A stretch of DNA of 64,000 bases from Cycas panzhihuaensis (taxonomy: Eukaryota > Plantae > Cycadophyta): the NCBI GenBank assembly GCA_023213395.1, contig CM041465.1:45453741-45517740 (forward strand), written 5' to 3'. A model generated the notes under the pieces. The model was not told the DNA's origin, searched no databases, and saw only the letters and a list, made by a program, of their open reading frames with translations. Below, piece after piece: positions 53,898 to 64,000 of this stretch. The position numbers and the translations under genes are program-made. Within the stretch, counting starts at the first letter, position 1, and the number at the start of each line of letters is the position of its first letter.

Positions 53898-56800
53898 ATT
53901 TTGGCAAAAATAAAATTGATCTAATTTATGAAATAGGATCTAAAATATCTTATAAATAACACTCAATAAAATATACTAAAGAATATTATACATATATTAA
54001 ATAAACATAATATGCTAAAGTAATAAGGGATTAAATTAATTAAATATCAATACTAAATTTGATAAAGTTTTAAATCTTATTAAAGATCATTACAATGGGT
54101 GAGGACATGGGCTTAATTTATAGAGGTCTCGATGTCACTCCCACTTACATTTGATTAGACCTCATGTTGGTCACATTTCATTGGTCTATTGTGAGGTAAG
54201 GTAGGTGAAGACTGTCAACTAGGATTAACAACATTAAGTTGAATTTGCATAAAGTACATTAGGAATAATAAGATATCATTATAATTTTAACATTCTCCTT
54301 TAATAATAGCTTCATTTATCTTAACGCTGAGATCATGCTAAAACCTTTCAAACTTTGATTTGCAAAGTGCTTTAGTGAAAATGTCTGTAACTTCATCTTT
54401 AATAGACTAATACACTAGATCAATTTGCTTTATTATTGTTATTGGAATCTTTGTTTTATAAATAAGCTCTTGAGCATCATTCTTTAGGATGGAATACATC
54501 TCTTTATCCATAATAACCTAATATGTTTGGTCTTTAACTATATTCTTGACAGTGGTAGGCTCAAGAGATTCAAGAACTTATGCCATTAATCCAAAGTTTG
54601 TGATTTTCCTTAGCTTGGATTCCCTTTTATGTGCTGCTGGAGGTGATGGGGCATCTTTCATGATTTGTAAGTACCACTTGTGTAGCTTTTTTATTCTTTC
54701 AACTTAATCCTCTTCAAGTGATAATGGTGGTATTGCAAATGTCGAAGGTGATTCAAATATAGATATAAGTAGAGAAAATGAAGAACTTAGAGTATACAAG
54801 GTAGATGTAGTTAAAGGGTACCTAATTATTACAAGAGGAACTTCTAAAGTAGCAACCTCATCATCTACTAGAAACCAAATTTATGATTAATCTAAGTCTT
54901 GATTGTCTTCTATAAATATGATATCCTAAGATATATAAACCTATCTCCCAATGGGGTCATATGCCTTATAAGTTATATATATGGGTACATAGCATATGAG
55001 AATGCAATTGAAGCTTTTATCATCAAGATTCATCCTATTTTCTTTTGGAATAAATTTATAGATTATACAACTAAATATTCAAGGGTATGAGATGGTAGGC
55101 CTTTCACCTAACTAAGCCTCCTTAGGTGTCATGTCTCTCACAGCTGAAGTTGAGCTCTAATTTATCAAGTATACCATAATGAAAATGGATTTAGCCCAAA
55201 ATGTATTAGCGAGGTTAATACTTTTAACCATTGCTTTAGTCTTATTCAATAATGTTTGGTTCATATACTCAGTAATACCATTTTTTGGGGTAGTGTATGG
55301 AGCTAAGAATTGATATTTGATACTATGTTCTCTATAAAAAATGTTAAACTAATTTGATATATATTCACCTCTATTATCAGATCTCAAGATCTTGATTATC
55401 ATATGGGACTCATTCTCCACTTCATCTTTGAAGTCTTTGAATTTATTGAAGGACTCAAATTTGTTCCTTAGAAAGTAAACCTAAAAATTTTAAGGGTAGT
55501 CATCAATGAAGGTGATGAAGTACAAGCTGCCATTAAGTGAAATAATCAACATGGGTCCATAGATATCTAAGTGAACCAAGCCTAATTATTTAGTTTCATA
55601 CCAAGATCTCTTAGAAGGAAAGGGTCTCATATTCCCTATGTTATTTGTTGACTATGTAAGCTTTACAAAAATATTTATTCTACTTAATCTTAAGTAACCC
55701 ATGTACCATTTAGAGTCTAAACATGAGATGGAGACTCTACATGTTTAGGTGGCTAAGGCATTGATGCCATAGTTGGTCCTTATTACATTTATATGAGAGG
55801 TCCTCCTGACTATAAGAATAATCACCTTATACTTCAATAGGAGGGTCTTCTAAAATAATTTGCTTTCCCTTATCAAGATGATGAGACTAAACTATGGAAT
55901 ATAAATCCTAAGTTTATTCAGTAAAGAGAGGGATGCTATCAAGTTTATATAAGCTACTATCTTCATGTCGTATAACTACTATTTGACTAGTTAAGTGGTA
56001 TGAAATAGTATATTTTCCTTAGCTAAATAGAACATTAAAATTCTACGTATTGATCTAGCTCATGAAGAGGAGATTATGATTCATGCCAGGAACATATATG
56101 ATATTTTTTATATGATGTCTAATGTCTAAATTCTTTACATCTATGGGAGCTTTCACAATTTTAGCCACATCATATGTAAGGTTATTACTAAATATGACTA
56201 TTTGTAACTTGGTAGGAATGGTGTCTTATAAAAGATTCTTAGTGCCAATCCCATGACATGTGGCACTAAAGTCTATTAACCAAGAATTATCTTCATGATG
56301 TGATGAAAGTGTGGTAAAGAATAGGTTCTAAGAGTTAGCTTGGGAATTGACCATATGGCCTCCTTATTAAAAATTCCTATTATTACCCTAATTTTAATTT
56401 CTAAGTTGATTTCTTTGTTATTATTATTAACTACCTTCTCCTTGGCCTATGTTTTGTCATTGATATGGTGCTCCTTATTGTCTAAATTGATTTGGCATAA
56501 GTTAAAGGTCATTTTATCTTTTCTCTAGGATGACATGCCCATGTTTTCCATAATATAAGTAGGTAACATTTTGTCTCCCCTACTAGTTTCTTGATTGGTA
56601 TGGCTATTAAGATGAACCAAACTATTGGGCTAGGGGATGCTATTGAGGTTGATTTCTCCCAAAATTTATAGTTGTAAATATGGGAGTAGTGTTAGGAAAG
56701 GATGTAACTCCTTGACGGTTTAGGATACCCTCTTTATCAAGCAACAATCCTTCTAAAGTATTGAAATTCATTATAGCAAAGTCATTAGATATATAGGATA

Positions 56801-57467
56801 TAAAACTATTATAATTAGTAAGAAAGACATTGACAACACTAAAAACAAGGTCATGATTAGAGGGAGGGGCACTAAGAGTATTTAGCTAGTTTCTAATAGA
56901 CTTCACTTCAGTCATATAAGATTGGATAGAACTAGCAAAAGGAGTGGTATACAAGCATGCTTTTAGCATGATGGAATGAGAGTCATCCTTCTTCTCATAA
57001 TGAGATCATATAGTATTCTATACTTAATGCAAGGAGTTAGTTATTTATATGTTTTAATCAATGTTATCCATCATGGCTAGTTAAAAGAAGGAAAGAGCTA
57101 TATTATCCTTAGCTCCAAAGGTGGCAAGGGCAATAGGGTCTGGAGGTATCACATTATTTAAATTGTTTAGATCTCAAGTAGGAATAGGTTTGGGTATGTC
57201 TCCTAATATATAAGCCTAAAAATCATACATAATGAGAAGGTGTTTGACTTATTTCTTCCAAGCTAAAAAAATTTCATTCCTTAATAGTTTGATTATGTTT
57301 GATATTAATATTTATGTTATTATTTTATGAACTAGCTACCTGATGGGTTGTTAAGCTAGAATTCTAGTGTTTTAGTATCTTCAAGATGCCCTTAGTTGAT
57401 ATTCTATCTAGTGGTGTCTATCCATAGATGGAAGTTCAAGGACTCGATATATATGTGTGTGTGTATT

Positions 57468-57520
<53 letters not shown>

Positions 57521-59117
57521 TGATACATGAGTAAGTTAAGCTCTATATACTTTAATATATGAGCATAGAAGGTCAATTGTCCCCCTCATACTATTTATCC
57601 TCCTATGTTGAATTTATGCTAAGTGACATATCTAGTGAAGGATAACCACTAAGGTACTTACCCCCTCTAGGTCTAGCCTAGACTATGAGCTCCATGGAAG
57701 CATTTAACACCTCAGTCCATCACTCAATATACCTTATAGTAAATTGCCCCCTAGCCTTTTTATCTAGGTGAATGCAACTCATGTGTGTAGGAGTGATAAC
57801 TTTAAGGGTCCTAACTATTCCCCTTATAGGATTGATAGTCTACTAATTCAATTTGAGAATTACCTTAATTAATGTTTTAACTTCTTTTTTTTTTTAATAT
57901 GGTCTTATTTAAAGATATGAATATTAAATTTTAATGATTAAAAGTATGAGATAAAGAATAAAAAATAAAAGCAACAAATAAATATAAAGAAAGGGTTTTA
58001 AGTGCTCAAGTAGGAAGGATCCACTACTAATAGGTAAAACGTAACCTTTCTCACATAGTAAGAGCACATACGACCATAAATCACCACACATATTAGCTTA
58101 GAAATCAAGTGAAAAATGCTTCTTAAATGATAAAAAAAAATTCTTTATAAAATAGAAGGATTAACTTTAATTTTAAATATTTAATAAATAATGGGTTAAA
58201 AAAACATAAACTATAGTCCATAATAATGGCATCCAAATTATGATTCCAAAAGTTTAGATGGAATCAATTTTTGATATTTGTATCAAAAGTTATATCCCTT
58301 TCAAGGAGGGTTTACTCTAGGGTTTTTTGTCTACAAAAGTACCCTCTCATAAAATGTTAATAACCTTTTACTCAAAGCTATGATTAAATTAAAACTACTT
58401 CCATTTAAAAGTATACAAAAAGACACATAGAATCTAAAAATCTTTAAGGTCATTTGGATACTTATAGTTAAAGTTATGGCCATTCAAAATTAAAGTAGCA
58501 AATTTTCCTTTAAGATTGGTGACAAAAAGTAAGCAAAAATTAAATCTATTGTAATATTTTCTTTATAGCCTCAAAATTTGTAGTGTGACCACTAAAAATT
58601 TATAGGATGAGTTAACTCATCTTAAATTTATCATTTCTTCTTGGAAATTTTTCTAATATACATCTTCAGACCCTGCTACCTACTTGCAAGATAAGTATAT
58701 ACAAGAGAAACTACTCAAATACCATTTTAAAAAATTAGAATTATTCTAATTTATGAAATGAGATTTAAAATCTCTCATAAACAACACTAAAAAAAATATT
58801 TTAAAGAACATCATGCACATATTAAATGAATACAATATGACAAAGTAATAAGGGATCAAATTAGTTAAAGTTTGATACAAAATTTGATAGAGTTTTGACT
58901 CTTATTAATAATTATTATAATGGGTGAGGACATGGCCTTAATTTATAAAAGTCTCATTGTCACTCCTACTTATATCTTATTGGACCTCATGTCAGTTATA
59001 TTTCATTAGTTTATTAGGAGGTAAAGTGGGTGAATACCCTTAACTAGGATTAATAATATTAAGTTGAATTTACATAAAATACATTAGGAAGAATAAGATT
59101 TCATTATAAATCTAATA
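53898..59117 (-). mobile_element. Decayed Ty1/Copia with most of RT deleted (relative of the 24779 element)
   Basis: LTRs ~53898-54292 and ~58726-59117, PPT 54293-54304, degenerate PBS ~58713-58724. gag (NFLAWKK ~57265) and integrase (ILRSDNRGEY) present; leader block 57790-57830 is similar to 29998-30040. Confidence 0.9.
57470..57515. repeat. (TA)n microsatellite
   Basis: Read directly from the sequence. Confidence 0.95.
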
Positions 59118-60224
59118 CGTTTAAGGTCAAAATTTAGATTTGGTCATATTTTAGATCAAATTGGACTTATTTTAGAGCCATTTGGAGCTAGTTGGATGTG
59201 TTGGGCACTTCCTAAAACTAGTTGGATAGACTTTATAGATGATCTAGTAGTGTTGGGTAGTGTTAGCCTTCATCTAATAACATTGAGCATTGATTAGAAG
59301 TCATTCAATATCACTGGGTGTCAAATGTATTATTTAACATCAGAAAATTATAATACATTACCTATGGATAAGATTGAATCTATGAATGGTAATTTTTTAT
59401 TCATAAGAAAGGTGTTGGAAAATCTTTGAAGCTATAAAAGATAGTTTTTATTGAGTATTAAAGTTGATGTTAAAGTCGGACGACTTTTATCCTCTTTAGA
59501 TAACCTATTTCCTTCATATAGAGCTATAGATAAAAGCATAAGGCTATAAAAATCATTTTAAGATATGAATACCATCTAGTTGCTGGATTTCTTAGATCAT
59601 TAAGCTAAAGATTATAATTCAAAAGATTATGGATGACTTGCACAGATTATGTCTCTTCACCAAAGGTTGACATACTTCATATGACATTTCTTGGAGCCAT
59701 CGCTTAGGAGATGTAACTATATTGATGTTATTAAAGTTTGTTAACCATAATTTATTATAAATATCAATTATTATGATTATTTTTAGTCACCTATTACTTT
59801 GAAAAAGTTGCATGACTTTTTGGATAACTACCAATCTTTGGAATATGACTTTTGGTATATTCTAATATTGATATTTATATTATTATCTTTTTTACACCAT
59901 TACATTACACTTTTCATGATGCATATTGGATGCTCGATGATATTTCTTAAGATTGGAGCCTATTTATGAATGTTCATCATAGATTAAGACTTATATACCA
60001 TGCACATTGTTGGTACATTATAATTCATATGTTTGAAGTTTTTTTAGGATTTATTTTTTTCAAGTGACTTTAGTAATCTTTAAAATAGTTAATAAAAGTT
60101 CTTGAGACCCAATGCCTTAGCATACATTATAGTAAATGAAGAGTAAGTACCTAAGTGGTTGCTTTACCCATAATACTATATATCAAAAGTTTAGTAAAAT
60201 ACAACTTGTGTTATCCTATTTCTC

Positions 60225-60850
60225 AAAGAGAGGATTATACCTCAAGTTATATTCAATGACAATAATTTTAGTGAGTGGAAGGCTAACATGGAGTTAATAC
60301 TAATAGTGAATCAACTTTGGAGAATCAATAAAGATAAGCTCTTTTCTATTCTATTAGATTCAAAAGAATGAACTTATTAAGAGGAAATGTTATTTATGGT
60401 TGTTGGGGTATTGAAACTATCTTTGGCATTAGATTAGAGAGCCATTATATATAACCTAGATAAACTAAATGAAATATAGATAAAGTTATACTAAGACATT
60501 TGCGTAAAAGAAGAGGAATTACTGTGTTAATTTAATGATGGAGATTCTAAATGCCACTATAGAAGATAAAAGTAACATAATCATCTACTTAAATAAAGTA
60601 AATAATTTAAGGAATAAGATAGAAGAGATTAAGATAAGGTCACTTGATGATGAGTTATTATTTACACTAGTTATGTCAAAACTACTAGTTGCATTTAGAC
60701 CCTTTCAGACCATCTATATAAAAGATGTGGTAATGGAAGGTGAGTCATTTAAGAAGATGAAAATTCTTATTCTATAAAAGGATGCCAAGTTGAAGAACTA
60801 TGGCCTTCTCAGATGTACCGATTTAAATCAAATCTTATTCATGAATGAAA
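60225..60850 (+). pseudogene. Copia gag fragment (third member of the 37455/45337 gag family), 3' truncated
   Basis: VIFNDNNFSEWKANMELILIVNQLW; ORF 60535-60777 aligns with ORF 39141-39605 (MMEILNATIED..MEGESF). Confidence 0.9.
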
Positions 60851-61189
60851 GGAGTGGATCTATCCTTTATTTCCATGCATTAAACACAAAGGAAAATATA
60901 GGAGCAAGAGAGACTTGAGAGAAAAAGAGCAGCTCTCATAAAATGGGGAGATAAGAATGAGCCTCCTCCATTGAGATTTTACTTTTATATTGAGAGAGGG
61001 AGCATTAGAGTTAGATGAAATGAAATTACACATAATGCATATGAAAGTGCATTTTATTTAAGTGATCTGATTTAAAGTTCAATTAAGATCCTTTTTAGGA
61101 GTAATCAACTAATGTAATGACCTTGTGACATTAACCCATTTTAGTCTCCCTCTAAATGATAAAGGTCATTTCATCCTATTTTATTCTAT

Positions 61190-64000
61190 CATATGAGGTC
61201 TTCATTTGAGCCTCTTATAAAGTAAACAACTATTACACTTTTGTGGGAAACCCTTGTAGGGAAGAAAACCCATGAACTTTCTAATCTACTAACCTAGCTC
61301 AGGAAACTCTTTAAATAAAGCCAAATAGCCAATCAGTACAATAAATTTTGTAGCTGAAATCTACTAAGTCTCCATATATCATTTAATCATCTCCCATGCC
61401 CTTTCAGGTTTTCACAAGTTTTAATTTTCTAAAATAGTATAACCCTTATCCTTTCACACCTATAAGGGGTTTTTATAAATGGGATAGAGCAGAGACTTAC
61501 TCTTATCATTCTACACCCACAAGGGATTTTCACAAATGAGATAAAGTATGATGGTCTTATTGGCATCTCCTTTAATCAAGTAGAGATGGAGGCCCTTAGG
61601 TTAAGTTATCTTTGAAACTATTTAAAACTTCACCCTATACAATGGTTTGGTGAAGATATCATCCACTTGATCTACTATGGGATAGTACTCCAATTGAATT
61701 ATGTCATCATAAACTAGTTCTCTAATCTTATGGACTTTAATACTTATATGTTTGGTATGATTGTGAAATACAAAATCTTTAGCTATTTAGATTGTAAACT
61801 AATTATCTACATGTAGGCTAGTAGAACTTATTTGGTTGACATTCAATATATTCAACAATTTTCTAAGCCATATCACCTTCTTTCTTATCTTAGAAGCAGT
61901 AATATATTTAGCTTCAGTAATTAAGTCTATAAGTATCTTCTATCATCTATATCTCTATGATATTAGTGTTATTCCAAGAAATGTTATATACCTAGACTTA
62001 GATCTTTATGTGTCTTTATTTCTGGCAAAGTTTGAGTCTGTGTATGCATAAAGTTTGAATTCTACATTGGGTTCGTACAATAGACCATATTTCTTAGTTA
62101 TCTTTAGGTACCTCAACACTCATACTATAGCTTGTCAGTGATTCTTCTTAGGATTTATCATGAACCTTGTAAGAATACTGACAGAGTGTGTAATATTTGG
62201 CTTTGTGTTAATAGTATAGATGAGACTACCTACAAGTTACCTATAGAGTATTACATCTACCTCCTTAGTGTTACTATTAGCTAAGAGTTTAATGTTAGGT
62301 TCTATAGGTATAGACACTATTCAAGCACCTTCCAACTGAAACTTTGTCAGAAGATCATTGATATATTTTTCTTGGGAGAGAAAGATTTTACCATTCGTTT
62401 GAGTTACTTCAATTCCCAAGTAATATTTCATCGACTCGAGGTATGATAATTTAAAAGTTTTAGCAAGGTCCTTCTTTAGCTAGCTGATTACCTATTTACT
62501 ATTCCCTATTATTAGCATATCATCCACAAAGATTAAGAGGTAAGTGACTTTATCATTTTGGTGCTTGATAAATAGTATTACATCAATATCTTAATAGTCA
62601 TAAACCTCATATCCAAGTTGCCTCATTCTTTTAGACAATTTGGTAAACCAAGCATGAAGGGCTTATTTTAGACTGTAAAAGGACTTTTTGAGCTTGCAAA
62701 CCTTATTCTCTAGACCAACAATCTCTTATCCTTCTAGCTAATGCATGTAAACTTCTTCTTTAAGGTCCCCATTAAGAAATAGATTCTTAACATCGAGTTG
62801 GTCAATTTTCCAACTCTATTAAGCAGCCAAGTAGGCTACTTGGTTATAGGAGTAAAGATTTTAGTGCAGTTGATGCCTTCCCTTTGCATAAATCCTTTTG
62901 CTACCAACCTTGCCTTATCTTTTTCTATTGTGTTATCTGATCTGTACTTGTTTTCTAAACACCCATTTATTTTTAACTGCCTCTCTTCTAAGTGGTAGAT
63001 CAACAAGCTACAATGTACCATTCTTGATAAGAGATTAGTACTCTTCATTCATGGCATTTCTCTAAACTACATGCTTTACATCTTCTTGGTATGTTAAAGG
63101 CTTATTATTAAGAGCAAGGTGCAGTTTTATTGGTTCAAGCTTAGTGGAAAGTGATTCATGCATCCTTACTCTATGGGCACTTCTAGTGCCTATTTTACCT
63201 ACCTCATATAGTCATATATCCTTGTGTATCTAGTAGGCTTCACAAAAACCTTGAGTTGGGAATGAGGTTTTCATTTTCACAACCCCTTGGTCTTTATTTT
63301 GATCATGAAAAGGATTGAGTTGGGAATGAGGTTTTTATTTTTATAACCCCTTGGTCTTTATTTTGATCATGAAAAGGATCATGTAAAATATTTGGCACAG
63401 AGGAAGTTGATGATGCTAGAGAAGATGGCCCAGCCACTAATGTTGGAGAAGGTGGTCCCTCTGCTATGGATTTTCCTTTGTTAACTTGGCTAATCTCAAA
63501 TAATAGTACTGGATTTATACACATTGGTTGGGAGTCATAGCTTGTATCCTTTGGGGTTCTATTATTAGATTCTAAGATTTTGAGCAACTGTTAAGCATTT
63601 CCCCCCTAAATTTTAGAATCTAGACATCAAATTTAGTAGTATTGTTAAATTAGTATGAAGGTATCTTGGAGTCAAGTCTGAGCAATTAATCTCCAGTCTC
63701 TATAAAATAACATCTTTAGTGATGATAATTTTACGTTGTGAAGGTAGAAAAACCTTGTACCTCTTTTTGTCCATAGAGTATCTAATAAAGATGCCTTTGA
63801 GGGCTCTATCCTAGAGCTTGTTTATGAGTTCCTCTAAAATGTGAGCATAACAAATATAGCCAAAAATTTTGAAGTGGGAGAGAGGGGATTTGTCCATACC
63901 ACATTTTATATAGAGAGAGACCAAGCTTAGAGGGACTAATAGTGTTGATACAATACACAATAGTCCAAATAGCTTTAACCCAAAGATTGACAAGAACAAT
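61190..64000 (-). mobile_element. 3' half of a decayed Ty1/Copia (integrase tail, RT, RNase H, 3' LTR)
   Basis: HFKIFGYICYAHI (63811-63999), KARLVAKGF (62836-63048), IFVDDML, QVDDIFTKP. PPT 61566-61576 abuts the LTR end at 61565; the left LTR boundary is uncertain. Confidence 0.9.
63251..63378. repeat. 64-bp tandem duplication in the integrase-RT linker
   Basis: ttgagttgggaatgagg..gatcatgaaaagga x2, about 3 mismatches. Confidence 0.93.

Overview
AT-rich, strongly CpG-depleted land-plant-type nuclear DNA made almost entirely of nested, decayed LTR retrotransposons. I found no intact host gene, RNA gene or CRISPR array. Recognisable layers: two Ty3/Gypsy pol remnants (1-2330; an Athila-like element at ~35590-51800 interrupted by two Copia insertions), seven Ty1/Copia elements or fragments, and an older unidentified, possibly coding sequence present twice. 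The standout is a pair of related non-autonomous Copia-derived elements (6336-12465 minus; 18609-23819 plus). Their LTRs carry tandem ~41-bp arrays of the 'LTR end + tRNA-iMet primer-binding site' junction, and their long leaders hold different, exon-like antisense cargo between shared blocks. There is also a 218-bp spacer-less palindrome centred on an (AT)n tract. All alignments were done by eye, so boundaries marked ~ are approximate.
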